From the NCBI GenBank assembly GCA_965261595.1, contig CBDHDG010000006.1, forward strand, positions 1,568,001 through 1,632,000: DNA of 64,000 nucleotides, in the 5' to 3' direction. The stretch is from a bacterium (GTDB taxonomy: Bacteria; UBA8248; JACPRG01; G963555815). Below the pieces are notes generated by a model, which made no database searches, was not told the origin of the DNA, and saw only the letters and a program-made list of their open reading frames with translations. Both the position numbers and the translations under genes were made by a program. Below are positions 1 to 10,740 of this stretch, piece after piece; positions within the stretch are counted from its first letter, which is position 1, and every line of letters starts with the position of its first letter.

Positions 1-401
1 CGAGCGCTTCGCCGGCTTGGAGGCGGACGTCGCCGAGGGGCTTAAAGTTCGTCACGACCACGGCCCCGCCTATCTGTCCGATGACTTTCAGCGGGAGATC
101 GCCTACCTGGGCATGACCAGTTCGCCCAGCTTCGTGCGGGCGCCCGAGGGAAATGGCTACTGTGAGTGGTTCATCCGCATCTTGAAGGAGAATCTCCTGT
201 GGGTGCGCTCTTTCGCCACCGTAGAGGAACTGCGGTGGGCGCTGCTTGAGTTCAAGAACCTGTACAACCATCATTGGATTCTCGAGGGCTACGGCTACCG
301 AACGCCGGCCCAGGCAAGGCAGGAAAAACTCGCTCAAGTTGCGGAGGCCGCATGAGGTCGAATACCCTCACCCGAGTGTCCAATAACCCAGGGGCGGTCC
401 A
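1..401 (+). mobile_element. 3' part of IS3-family-like element (copy 1, cut by the window edge)
   Basis: Matches the end of the element at 7345-8748. Shows the integrase-core motifs RHDHG and NGYCE, and the right end ...GAGTGTCCAATAACCCAGGGGCGGTCCA. Confidence 0.9.
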
Positions 402-402
402 G

Positions 403-480
403 ATCCTTGGCGAGGTCCCGGAGTTCGGATGGGTCATGGAACAGCTTCAGCGTGCCGAAGCCGCGATTAACCCGGCCTAA
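403..480 (+). pseudogene. C-terminal fragment of an interrupted gene, possibly an AbiEii-type nucleotidyltransferase
   Basis: ILGEVPEFGWVMEQLQRAEAAINPA* directly after the IS end. The resemblance to AbiEii C-termini is from memory only. Confidence 0.25.
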
Positions 481-504
481 GGCTTAGTTGTATTAGCTTT
501 AACT

Positions 505-1410
505 TAAGGGGATTGTAAAAGATATGACACCGGATTAGGCTGGTGTCGTGGACGTAAATAGCTTTGAAGGGCTTGTAAAAACGGAGGTTACAGCGAGACG
601 CCATTTGCTCAGGGCGTGTCAGAAAAACGGGCGTAAAATCTGCCCTCGTTGTGAGGGTCGAAAATGCTACGTTGTGGGCACGAAAGGGCGCTTTCGCTGC
701 GCTGGGTGTCGGTACACCTTCGGGCCGTTCACGGGCCGCTGGCTGGGCCGGCTTCGCCTCTCGGCCCGGCAGTGGCTTTGGGTGGTGAAGCTCTTTGAGC
801 TGGAGGTCTCGGCCCGCAAGATGGCCCAGCAACTCGCCGTGAGCTATCCGACGGCGCTCAGGGCTGTGACGACGCTCAGGCGCAGTCTTGTGGCCGGAAC
901 GCCGGGGGGACAGGAGCTTCTTCGAGGGGAGGTGGAGGCGGACGAGGCCTACTTCGGGGGCAGGCGCAAGGGGAAGAGAGGCCGAGGCGCAGCGGGTAAA
1001 GTCCCTGTTTTCGGTATTTTGGAGCGGGGTGGCCGGGTGAAGGTGGAGGCGGTCGGCAATGTCAAGGCCCAGACCCTTTTGGCCTCCACCGTGAAGCGGG
1101 TCCATCGGGGCAGCGTGGTCTACACCGACCGCTACCAGGTCTATGACGCCCTGATGTTCTGCGGCTATCGCCACCTGCGGGTGGATCATGATCGGCGCTT
1201 CAGTCGGGGCAAAGTGCACATCAACGGCCTGGAAGGCTTTTGGGCCTACGCCAAGCAGAGACTCATCAAACATCATGGCGTGTCCAAGGAGCGATTCCCC
1301 CTCTACCGGAAGGAGATGGAATTCCGCTACAATCACCGCCACCAGGATCTCTTTCCCCTGGTGGTCCAACAACTCACCCAATTGGTGTCAAAACCTTTAT
1401 AATTCCCTAA
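505..1410 (+). mobile_element. IS1595-family insertion sequence
   Basis: Imperfect terminal inverted repeats at 505-531 (TAAGGGGATTGTAAAAGATATGACACC) and 1384-1410 (GGTGTCAAAACCTTTATAATTCCCTAA) flank a single transposase. Confidence 0.8.
548..1402 (+). CDS. IS1595-family transposase
   Basis: N-terminal zinc ribbon CPRC...CAGC, plus VEADEAY, VYTD, HINGLEGFW and EMEFRYN motifs. Confidence 0.9.
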   Translation: MDVNSFEGLVKTEVTARRHLLRACQKNGRKICPRCEGRKCYVVGTKGRFRCAGCRYTFGPFTGRWLGRLRLSARQWLWVVKLFELEVSARKMAQQLAVSYPTALRAVTTLRRSLVAGTPGGQELLRGEVEADEAYFGGRRKGKRGRGAAGKVPVFGILERGGRVKVEAVGNVKAQTLLASTVKRVHRGSVVYTDRYQVYDALMFCGYRHLRVDHDRRFSRGKVHINGLEGFWAYAKQRLIKHHGVSKERFPLYRKEMEFRYNHRHQDLFPLVVQQLTQLVSKPL

Positions 1411-1699
1411 AATGAATGGTTCAGACGATACAAAAGAACATTCGGGTCATGCCCTGGCAATGGAAACGGATCGAGAAAACGGCGGAGGACGGGTATTTCG
1501 CCAACCAACTCGTGGTCGAGCCCGCGATGGAAGTCTTAGAGCGCAGAGAATGTCCCGCCCGCATGCGCGCTTTGGGGTGGAGGCGCGCTCGCGCGTGGAG
1601 GTGGGGCCCTTGACCTCCGCTCCCGAGAAGCTCGAACCCGGCGCATCGGAAGCGCTTCGTTGCGCCGTCCAGACTCCCGAGTTCTGGCCGCTAGCGCAC

Positions 1700-2202
1700 C
1701 CGAGCCGCTTCGTACGGCCGAGTCGGGCGCTCGGAAGTTCGTGGCGACGCACGACATCGGGTTGGGGGACGAGCCCCTCGTGCGCACGCGTGAGCTTTGC
1801 GCAAAGCTCCACGATGGATTCGAGTATATTCCGGTCCACACCGAGGTGGACTCGCCCATCGAAGACTTCCTCGAAACCGTGCGGGGGGTCTGCCGGAACG
1901 ACGCTGACGTGAAGGCATCCATCGTGCGCGGCTGGGCGGTTCCATGCCGCTACGTGTCGGGCTATCAGGGACCGGAAACCGGGGAAGACGCGAGGGGCGA
2001 GAGCCACACCTGGGTGGCGTGCTGGTTTCTGGTCGTGGGGTGGTCCGGCTTCGATCCGACCAACACCACCGAGGGAAACGAGCGTCACGTCCGAGTGGCG
2101 GTGGGCCGCGACTACGCGGACCCTCCCGAGCCGGGGCGCGTTCCGGGGAAACGGCGGCTCGTGCTCGGCACCGAGGTGCGGATCGGGTGGCATCCGGGAT
2201 AG
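1700..2202 (+). pseudogene. transglutaminase-like protein fragment
   Basis: Motifs GVC, PCRYVSGY, SHTWV, GFDPTN and VAVGRDYAD. The N-terminus is missing and the C-terminus looks frameshifted. Confidence 0.7.
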
Positions 2203-2285
2203 TGGGGGCTGAAGCGCGTCGGGTTGAAGAGTCGTTCACCATGAGGTTCTGGCGAATCATCCAACATCGGGCGGGAGAGGACGAA

Positions 2286-3161
2286 ATGCGATCATCATGC
2301 AAGAAACGGTTTGTCGTCACGGCCGCGCTGGCGATATGCGCATGTCTGAGCGCGGCGGGAGCGAGCGCCGCCCAGGAGGCAAAACCTTCGGGGTGGTACG
2401 TGGGGGCGGGCCTTGGGATCAACAAGATGTCCGGCGTCAAGCAGGCGGGCTGGAACCGCGACAACGTCTGCTATCCGGATGACGACTGCACGCACATTGG
2501 CGGCGCGCCCCAAGGCTACTGGTGGTACTACGACCTCGAGGCGGACGACGGTGCCGTGTTCGAGATTTCCATCGGCCGTGCATTCGACGCGCTGCGCCTG
2601 GAGTTGTCCTTCACGCAGCGAAAAAACGACCTCGGGCAAAAATTCACCGGCAGCACCTATCTCGACGGCACGCGCAGGGTGCATGTTGAAAGCAGCAACT
2701 ATGAGAGCAGATCCTCGTCCGAGGTCGATGACCTGAAGACGCGCACCCTCTCGGTGAACGCCTACTACGACTTCTCGCGTCCGGGAAACCGCTTCACGCC
2801 CTATGTGGGCTTAGGCGTGGGCGTTGCTTTCCTGAAGCTGTCGGGGCTGTATTATCAGTCGTGGTACTCGTGCAAGGACTCAGCGGCTGACTGCGACAGA
2901 CCCGAGCGGTACAACGGCCACCAGGATGAGGACCTCTCCGACACCGTTTTGTCGAAACACCTCCACGCCGGCCTCGACTACCGTTTGAACGAAAAGATGC
3001 TGATTGGCCTCAAGCTCTCCTACGCCATGGTGGGCGACATGGAAGACGTCAAAGGCGGCTACGTGCAGCATGCGGTTCCCGGCATCTCCAACTTCACCAC
3101 GATCAGCGGTATGAATCACTGGTCCGTGATGTTCGGGGTGAAATATTTCTTCGGTGAGTGA
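2286..3161 (+). CDS. outer-membrane beta-barrel protein (Opa/P44-Msp2-like, probably 8-stranded) with Cys-containing loops
   Basis: Signal peptide ending ASA-AQE; strands GWYVGAGLG, VNAYYDF and FTPYVGLGVG; C-terminal VMFGVKYFF; SD GGAGAGG upstream. Confidence 0.8.
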   Translation: MRSSCKKRFVVTAALAICACLSAAGASAAQEAKPSGWYVGAGLGINKMSGVKQAGWNRDNVCYPDDDCTHIGGAPQGYWWYYDLEADDGAVFEISIGRAFDALRLELSFTQRKNDLGQKFTGSTYLDGTRRVHVESSNYESRSSSEVDDLKTRTLSVNAYYDFSRPGNRFTPYVGLGVGVAFLKLSGLYYQSWYSCKDSAADCDRPERYNGHQDEDLSDTVLSKHLHAGLDYRLNEKMLIGLKLSYAMVGDMEDVKGGYVQHAVPGISNFTTISGMNHWSVMFGVKYFFGE

Positions 3162-3269
3162 GGAGCGTATCGGGTCTCCCGAAGCGCAACGATGGGAGAA
3201 GCGGCGCACACGATTGGTTCCGGCCGGCAGCCAGCCTTCCCCGGCGCCATAGCGGATCAACTCCACTAC

Positions 3270-3640
3270 CAGCGCAGGGCTAAGCGCAGCAGGATCCCGT
3301 GCTCGACGTCGTCGTTCGCCGCCTCGCGCCGCCTGCCAGCGCGCGCTCATGCGCCACGACGGCCCGCCCTCGCCGGCGAGCCCGAGACCCGCATAGGGTG
3401 TCACCACCCCGAGGCCGCGCGCAACGCCGAGACCGTAGCCCACCTCCGCATCCAGACGGTGATTTGCCTCGAACTCCCCATTCGCCGCAAGGCCCTCCGC
3501 ATTCGGCAACGACCACAGCCGCCCCGTCCCGCTCGACGCCACTCCCCACGTAGGAGACAGGGTGAGCGAGAGGCCCAGACCTCCGGCCCCCGGGGCGATG
3601 CGCACCGACCCGCTCGCGCCCCACCCCGAGCAGCTTGCAC
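3270..3640 (-). pseudogene. C-terminal autotransporter-like beta-barrel fragment
   Basis: GLGLSLTLSPTWG...RLDAEVGYGL...VTPYAGLGL. No start or passenger domain; abuts an IS3 remnant. Confidence 0.55.
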
Positions 3641-3691
3641 CGCGCGATATCGGTAAACGATGTGGTCGCTGAATCATCGCTCGGCGCTCTT

Positions 3692-4038
3692 TCAGCGGTT
3701 GCGACCGAGCGCTTTGGATAAAAAATCATTTTCCATCGTCAACTGCCCGATCTTCGCATGCAGCTTCTCCGCCTCTCGCTCCTCCCCCTCCAAACCCGAC
3801 GCCTCCCCAAACACTCCCTCCGCCCCCTTCACAAGCCGCTTCTTCCATTCCTGGATCTGGTTCGGATGCAGGTCAAACGGCTGTGTCAACTCCGCCCGTG
3901 TCCGGTCCCGCCCCACTGTCGCCAACGCCACCTTCGTCTTTACCCCCCGTGAACCGCCGTCGTGTGTTCATTGCGTATCCCTTCCTCAGTTGGTGGAATA
4001 CACCTTAACGACCCGTCCGATTTTCCAGGGCCACCTCA
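3692..4038 (-). mobile_element. IS3-family remnant (left end plus degenerate orfA)
   Basis: Left end TGAGGTGGCCCTGGAAAATCGGAC; orfA-like HPNQIQEWKK...KLHAKIGQLTMENDFL. Confidence 0.75.
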
Positions 4039-4500
4039 GTGTCCGGAGGCTATAGTAGAATTTGTGCAATTTCACGGAATTGGTGTATCTCTTCAGATCA
4101 TGCATGTCGGTCTGTTTTTAGATCACGACGTGCAATGCCAATTAGATCTTGCAGGCATGAATTTGTGGCTTCCCAATCACGGTAAAGGTGTTCGTCCCAG
4201 CTAGTAGTATCGGATGCAAAGTCTTCGTCCTTCTTGTATCTTTTCAGGCGAGCGCGTGCTTCTGCTCCGACCAGAAATCCTCCTAGGTCGACGGCCTTGG
4301 CGATTTCCCGACCAGCCTCCCTGGCTCTTGCTCGAAGTTCCTTGTCGCGCTCTTCTGAAATCTCCCGGCCCGCTGAGAATGCTTCCAAATGGATATCGGA
4401 GAAAACCTTCGAATGATGAAGCGCCTCAATAAGTCTCTCGTACGCGGCCACACGTCTTTCCCACCATTTCTCCGCGCGAAAGCGCCGTAGTGACAACTGA

Positions 4501-6195
4501 CCCGCATTTCCCATATGGATGATAATTTTTAACGCCCCGAAGGCCGTTTTCTCGTGTAAAATCAAGGTGTTGTCCTCTCCCTGCCATCATCTTGCGAGGG
4601 GACCCGATGGGTGAAGCGAAAAAGAGGCCGTTGAGGCTCCAATTCGACGGTCGGCTCAGGCTGGAGTTTCACGGAGCAAAGGTTACGAGTGACGCCGGTT
4701 TGCTTGCCTATCGTGAACTGGATGAGGTGTTGGGGCTGACGAAGGCGGCCGAGGGGTTTCTGTCCGATTCACGGACGGGCGGGAACACCCGGCACAGCCT
4801 CACCGCTTTGGTGCGCCAGTCGGTCTACAGCCGCCTGGCAGGATATAAAGACACCAATGATGCCGAGCGGCTCTGTGTCGATCCCGCCATGCGTCAGGTG
4901 GTTGGGGGGCGAGCGAAGTATCACACCGCTGCCTCCACCAGCCAGATGAGCCGATTCGAGACGCAGACCCTCACCCGGCCCCTTAACCCCTCAAGGCGCT
5001 GAGCGGTCTGCCCGGTGTGTTGGTGGATCGTGTCCGCAAACGCAAGCCGATTCGCAAGCTGATCCTGGACATGGACAGTTCGGTCAGCCCGACCCACGGT
5101 GAGCAGGAAGGCTCTTCCTACAACGGCCACTTCGGCTGCACCTGCTATCACCCACTGTTTTGCTTCAACCAGTTTGGCGATCTGGAGCGGGCGCTGTTGC
5201 GCAACGGCAAGGTCCACAGCGCTGATGACTGGTGGTCTGTATTGGAGCCGGTGGTAGCTCGCTACCGGGATGCGAAGGTCTGTCGGTTTTTTCGAGGCGA
5301 CGCGGCATTTGCCAAGCCGGAGGTGTACCGATACCTTGAGGCGGAGGGCTACTCCTATGCGATTCGGCTTCCGGCCAACGCCATCTTGTACAGGGACATC
5401 GAATGCCTTCTGACCCGGCCGGTTGGCCGACCGCCCAAAAGGCCCATTATCTTCTACCACAGCGTCTCCTATCAGGCGGCTAGTTGGGAGAAGCCTCGCC
5501 GGGTGGTGGTGGCGGTCGAGTGGCACCAGGGCGAGTTGTTTCCAAGAGTCAGCTTCATCGTGACCAACCTGCACTGGCGGGAAGAGAACGTCGTGAGGTT
5601 CTACAACCAGCGTGGGACGGCGGAGCAGTGGATCAAGGAGGGCAAGTACGCCCTGAACTGGACGCGCCTGTCCTGCCACGGCTTTGAAGAGAACCAGGTT
5701 CGCTTGCAACTATTTGCCTTGGCGTACAACCTGGCAAACTTCCTGCGGCGGCTGGCGTTGCCCAGAGCGGTGAAGCACTGGTCGCTGACGACGTTACGCG
5801 AGAAGCTGATTAAGATTGGGGCCAAGGTGGTCACCCACGCCCGGCACACCACCTTCCAGATGGCCGAGGTGGCCGTGCCGCGTCAACTGTTCAGGGCAAT
5901 CCTTGAACGAATTCGACGGTTGTGGTTACCGCCTCCCGTACCAGATACCGGATGACGGAGCAGATGGCCCGGAAGCTTAGTGACGTGGTGGAGACGGGGG
6001 ATCAGTCTGTGCCGAACTCCCCTGAGTGTGCCGGTAGAGCTGGGTTTTCAAGGGATTGCGGCTTTAGGACGGCCGTTGCCCCTCGATTGAGCAGATGGTT
6101 CTGCAAAGAGACCCTGAATCTGTAGTAAAATGGGGTACTTTGATGACACAGGAGGACCGCAGGATGGCTAAGAGTGGTCATCTGGGAAATCCCGG
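4501..6195 (+). mobile_element. IS1380-family element with frameshifted transposase (4607-5955)
   Basis: Motifs TSDAGLL, ILDMDSS, FRGDAAF and YNQRGTAEQWIKEGK; frameshift near 4985; ends CCCGCATTTCCCATATG and CATCTGGGAAATCCCGG. Confidence 0.88.
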
Positions 6196-6419
6196 TTTAA
6201 ATCAAGACAACTCTTGTATTGACCACCCGTTGCTCTTTAACTCAATTAGAGCCCTCTTTACCGGGGCTGTCAACACCATTTCGGGCGCCTGAAACCCTGA
6301 TCGGAGCGGTATCCGCCATTGGAAAACCATGTCAGCGCCGGCGTGTAAACGGGCTTGACCACCAGGTTTGGAGTCTTCGTCATTTTGCCCTTGTGTGGAC
6401 TCCGCTTAGGGTCGCTAGA

Positions 6420-6804
6420 CAGGCACCGGGCATCATCGCTTGATTCTCTCCAAGATAAGGGCAAATGTCTTCCTGGATACACCGACCTCGGCCAACTGGA
6501 AGGTGATGTGGCGGGCGTACCGCACGAGCCGGCCGCCCATTTTGAGGAGCTTAAGCTGAAGGCCGCGTAACGACCAGTGCTTGATCCCTCTCGGCAGGCC
6601 AGCAATCCCGCATCCGAAGTCATTCTGGTTCCGTGAAACTCAAGCCTCAGCCGACGCTCAAAACGGACCTTCAACGCCCACTTTTTCGCTTCACCCATTG
6701 GATTACCCCGCGAGAGGATGGCTCGGGGAGGCTCATGCATTGATTTTACTCCAGAAAATGTCCTCCGGTCCGACAAAAGTTATGATCCATATGGAATATC
6801 TGGG
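6420..6804 (-). mobile_element. internally deleted IS1380-family derivative
   Basis: The N-terminus MGEAKKWALKVRF...[11 protein letters not shown] is joined directly to the C-terminus HWSLRGLQLKLLKMGGRLVRYARHITFQLAEV. Left end is CCCAGATATTCCATATGGAT; right end not located. Confidence 0.75.
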
Positions 6805-7410
6805 ACTGAACCGTTATCCATGAGCTTACCGCGGCAATCATGATCGTGGTCAGGGCACTGGCTACGATTTCCATTGTTCGTTGTTCCTTTGCAGTTTCCT
6901 AGTCATTGCGTTGACGATGGGCTGCCGATAGGCATTGTAATGGGGATATCTAGGACGTGGGCGCGGTGAGACCGGGACAGAAAGACCACCGATTGTATCC
7001 GGTCTGATCCTGTCTGCTGTGATCAATGCTGTTTACGACATGGTCCTTCATGTTTTCAAACAACGACACGGCGAAGGGTTTGTGTCCGGATGGTAGAACC
7101 CAAATCGTATCGTCGTCCCATATTGCATTTGCAATTACGCTGGTTTTGCCTTGGATTTGTTGTTATACTTGAAATTTCTCATTGTAATCGCGTTGGATTG
7201 TAACGCTTGTTCGAATGAAGCTAGCTGGACAATATCACCAAGTTTTACTTTCTTTCCTTTCATGGTTCCAAGTCCGCCGCATTGATAGATAGCGTAATCA
7301 AGGGATATCCGGTCGGTACTTTCATCTTTTAGGAGACGAGGGACTCCCCCGCTCTAGGGTTTTGTTGGACACTCGATTGATCCATGATTCATGGAGAAAG
7401 GGGTGTCGCG

Positions 7411-7797
7411 ATGAACGAACAAAAGCAAGAGGGGGCTTTGGCGGAGGGCGCCCGTAGGGCGAACGGAGCCAAGGCCCCAGGGCATCGCAGTGAGCGGGGT
7501 CGGTTCTCCTGCCAGCGCAAGCGGGAGGCGGTCCTGCGTCTTTTGCGGGGCGAGAGCCTGGAGACGCTCTGCCGCGAGTTGGGCACGACAGCGGCTCGGC
7601 TTTCCGCCTGGCGCGAGGCGTTCCTTCGCGGGGGCGAGGCGGCGCTCAAAGCTCGCCCGGCGGATGAGCGGGCCGAGGAGAACGCCCGGCTCAAGGCCAA
7701 GGTGGGCGAACTCACGATGGAGGGCGAGGTCCTGCGGGAGAAGATCGACCGCCTGGAGGCCGGCCGCCCTTTAGCCGGCAGGAGGTGGAGGCGATGA
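7411..7797 (+). CDS. IS orfA, HTH protein
   Basis: RKREAVLRLLRGESLETL HTH plus coiled coil LKAKVGELTME; ATGA overlap with orfB. Confidence 0.85.
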   Translation: MNEQKQEGALAEGARRANGAKAPGHRSERGRFSCQRKREAVLRLLRGESLETLCRELGTTAARLSAWREAFLRGGEAALKARPADERAEENARLKAKVGELTMEGEVLREKIDRLEAGRPLAGRRWRR

Positions 7798-8702
7798 GTC
7801 AGGCCCGCTTCACCTCCACGGGCAGAGCCTACGGCCTGAAGCGGGTGTGCGCCCTTTGGGGCTTGGCGCGCTCCACGGTCTACGCGCAACGGCGGCGAGA
7901 GGCGGTCCCCGTTCATGAACGCCCCACGCCCAATAAGCGCGGCCCTGTGGGCCCGTGCACCGATGCGGAACTCCTCGGCCACATCCGGCAGGTCCTGGAG
8001 GACTCTCCCTTCCATGGCGAGGGCTACCGCAAGGTGTGGGCGAGGCTGCGCTTCGCGGGCATCCGCACCAGCAAGGAGCGGGTGCGTCGCCTGATGCGGG
8101 AGGCGGGGCTTCAGGCCCCCCACCGGGTGGGCAAACCCCGAGGTCCCAAGGCCCACAACGGGACCATCCGCACCGAGCGGCCCGACCGAATGTGGGGCAC
8201 GGACATGACGACGACGGTGACCACCGAGGAGGGGATGGCCTCGGTGTTCGTGGCGGTGGATCACTGCTCGGTGGACTGCGTGGGGATCCATGCGGCCAAG
8301 AGCGGCAACCGCTTCGAGGCCCTGGAGCCGATCCGGCAGGGGGTCGCCGAGCGCTTCGCCGGCTTGGAGGCGGACGTCGCCGAGGGGCTTAAAGTTCGTC
8401 ACGACCACGGCCCCGCCTATCTGTCCGATGACTTTCAGCGGGAGATCGCCTACCTGGGCATGACCAGTTCGCCCAGCTTCGTGCGGGCGCCCGAGGGAAA
8501 TGGCTACTGTGAGTGGTTCATCCGCATCTTGAAGGAGAATCTCCTGTGGGTGCGCTCTTTCGCCACCGTAGAGGAACTGCGGTGGGCGCTGCTTGAGTTC
8601 AAGAACCTGTACAACCATCATTGGATTCTCGAGGGCTACGGCTACCGAACGCCGGCCCAGGCAAGGCAGGAAAAACTCGCTCAAGTTGCGGAGGCCGCAT
8701 GA
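7794..8702 (+). CDS. IS orfB, DDE (rve) transposase
   Basis: GYRKVWARL and the triad motifs WGTD, RHDHG and NGYCE. Confidence 0.9.
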   Translation: MSQARFTSTGRAYGLKRVCALWGLARSTVYAQRRREAVPVHERPTPNKRGPVGPCTDAELLGHIRQVLEDSPFHGEGYRKVWARLRFAGIRTSKERVRRLMREAGLQAPHRVGKPRGPKAHNGTIRTERPDRMWGTDMTTTVTTEEGMASVFVAVDHCSVDCVGIHAAKSGNRFEALEPIRQGVAERFAGLEADVAEGLKVRHDHGPAYLSDDFQREIAYLGMTSSPSFVRAPEGNGYCEWFIRILKENLLWVRSFATVEELRWALLEFKNLYNHHWILEGYGYRTPAQARQEKLAQVAEAA

Positions 8703-9387
8703 GGTCGAATACCCTCACCCGAGTGTCCAATAACCCAGGGGCGGTCCAGGACCGTCTACGCAGCGTGCGCGATCTCGGTAACCAGGAACTGCCACCGCCG
8801 AAAGATGGCGAAGCCGTATCCTTTGTCCTGGACGGACAGCAACGCCTTACCAGTCTGTTCGCAACGCTTCATGGCCTCAAGATCGAGCGTGACTCCGGAC
8901 AGCGGGATGATTTTTCAGGAATCTACGTCGACCTTAATGCCAAGGAAGACGAACAGATCGTCATCATGGATATCGAGGGCCGTGACGAGCGCACTTTCAT
9001 CCCCTCGGACACACAAAAGCGGGGGGCCCAGCTACACCACGGTCTCATCTCAACCGACCCAGGTCACGACGGTCTCCCACCCCCTGCTCTTCCCCACAGA
9101 CTTCATGGACCTACGATACCGAAGGCAGCCTACACCTTCCTCCCAACTCAGAAACAAGACAAAAAGTCAGTAGGGACCATCCTCTTCGCCTGTCGGCTCG
9201 TTCTATATTATCCAGAGTATCCGATTGCGCGGTTCGGCGAGTGCCTATCCCGTCGGGGCCTTGCGTGAATATCTTCCAGGCAATTCGCACCCGTCCGAGT
9301 TTTCATTCTGCCTCTGGTTTCTGCTTATGCGGCATCCATTTTGCCTATTTCGTCTTTTGGCGATAATACCGTTCCCTTCGGAAAACG

Positions 9388-9745
9388 TCATTTTGCGGCA
9401 GGATGAAACACAATGTCGGTGAAATCACAGCCCGCCAGCAGTTTTTTAAGCGCATCCGCTTCCTTTCGGTCTATGGTGAGATCCCATTTGCGGCGCACCT
9501 GAACAATCCGATTGGCAAACCAGCACTTGTTCTTCTCCGGCATCCATTCGGCGGCATCCTTCCCGCACTTACCAATGGGCGAGCACCGGTTCACCTTCGG
9601 GGAGGCAAGTGTAAGGTTATCGAGGTCACGAGCGAATTGCTTGCGGGTTGTCTCGTCCGCAGCGCACAAGCCACTGTCGTGGGCCTCGAGGTGGCCACGA
9701 TGTGTTCGATATCCATCTGCTGGTCAACGCCAACTATTTTTCCCG
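9388..9745 (-). pseudogene. DUF1524/HNH-type nuclease C-terminal fragment
   Basis: DIEHIVATSEAHDSG...FARDLDNLTLASPKVN...KDAAEWMP; 5' end lost. Confidence 0.65.
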
Positions 9746-9870
9746 TTGGCGACAATTAAAAGTTCCGTTTTGGGACCCTGGACGCTGGGTCTGAGAACTT
9801 GAATGCTCCTGTTGTTGAGCCAGTGGGTATGTGGGGAACGGCATAGCAGGTGTCCCACCTATCCACAGGC

Positions 9871-10740
9871 TGTGCGACGCGAGAGAGAACACCTCGTGTC
9901 CCCTGCGGTCTCCACCGGACCGGCGCACAGGGCATCGGCGACGGCCAGACGCCGCGGGCGTTGCGGTCTTCACTCGTCCCATCGTGCGGTCAAGACTCAT
10001 CGGGCTTGGCGTCCTTCTTGCCGCGTCCGGACCGGGTGCGCTGGTGCGCCGCCTCGGCTCGATAGCTCTTGACGTTGAGTTCGAGGATCACCGAGTGGTG
10101 TACGACCCGGTCGATCGCGGCGGCGGTCATCGGGTCCTGGAAGATCTGGTCCCACTTTGAGAACACCAGGTTGGAGGTGATCGCGACGCTGCGCCGCTCG
10201 TAACGTTCGGCGAGCAGGGCGAACAGCACCTCCATCTCGCCGCGGTCGTGCTGCACGTAGCCGATATCGTCCAGGATGTGGCACTCGATGCGGTCGAGCC
10301 GGCGCAGCTCCCGGCTCAGGCGAAGATCGCGCTTTGCTTCGAGCAGCCGTTCGACCAAGGCCGAGACCGGGGTGAAGAGCACCGAATGGCCCTGGCGCAC
10401 CAGCTCATGACCGAGGGCGGAGACTACATGGGTCTTGCCCGTGCCCGGATTGCCGAATACGCACAGGTTCGTGGCTCCTTCGAGAAACTGCCCCTCGGCC
10501 AGACGCGCGACCTGGGTGCGTACCGGCGCGGGGAAGCGTCCGCTATCCAGCGTCGCCATCGTCTTGTCGCGCGCGAGCTTCGATTCGGTCATCAGTCGCG
10601 CGATCCGCCGCTCGGCGCGCTCGAGCGCCTCCACCGTCGCGAGTTCGTCGAGGTAATGCGTGTGGCTCCAGCCCCCCTTGGCCGCCTGGTCGGCAAGCGG
10701 CGCATAGTGGGCGAGGAACGAAGGCAGCCGGAAGGCCTTG
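9871..10740 (-). mobile_element. istB: IS21-family remnant: istB ATPase (9990 to ~10734) and right end
   Basis: Walker A GNPGTGKT, ILDDIGY, ITSN, AAIDRVVHH and SYR; istA absent. Confidence 0.85.

Larger units (their letters stand above)
4098..6874 (-). pseudogene. hypothetical protein (~155 aa, N-terminal TM) split by the 4501-6804 insertion
   Basis: Removing 4501-6809 restores one frame: MEIVASALTTIMIAAVSSWITVQ|LSLRRFRAEKWWERRVAAYE... ACTGA is duplicated at 4496-4500 and 6805-6809. Confidence 0.8.
7345..8748 (+). mobile_element. IS3-family-like element, 1404 bp (copy 2)
   Basis: Imperfect inverted repeats (TCCCCCGCTCTAGGGTTTTGTTGGACACTCG / CGAGTGTCCAATAACCCAGGGGCGGTCCA) and flanking GGAC direct repeat. 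Confidence 0.92.
7270..9010 (+). pseudogene. DUF262 (GmrS/ParB-like) domain gene fragment split by IS copy 2
   Basis: LIDSVIKGYPVGTFIF*ETRD|RLRSV...VLDGQQRLTSLF is in frame across the IS after removing the GGAC duplication. It has an internal TAG, and both termini are lost. Confidence 0.8.

Noticed and set aside
481..500. GGCTTAGTTGTATTAGCT as the end of a second, nested IS1595-like element
   Set aside because: No partner end or transposase found; too short to support.
1416..1560. Small ribbon-helix-helix-like ORF fragment
   Set aside because: Degenerate, with no diagnostic motif I can support.
8621..9268. Predicted ORFs spanning IS ends (also 274-480, 30247-30627, 30307-31035, 4098-4565)
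   Set aside because: Chimeric read-throughs between IS ends and the interrupted genes.
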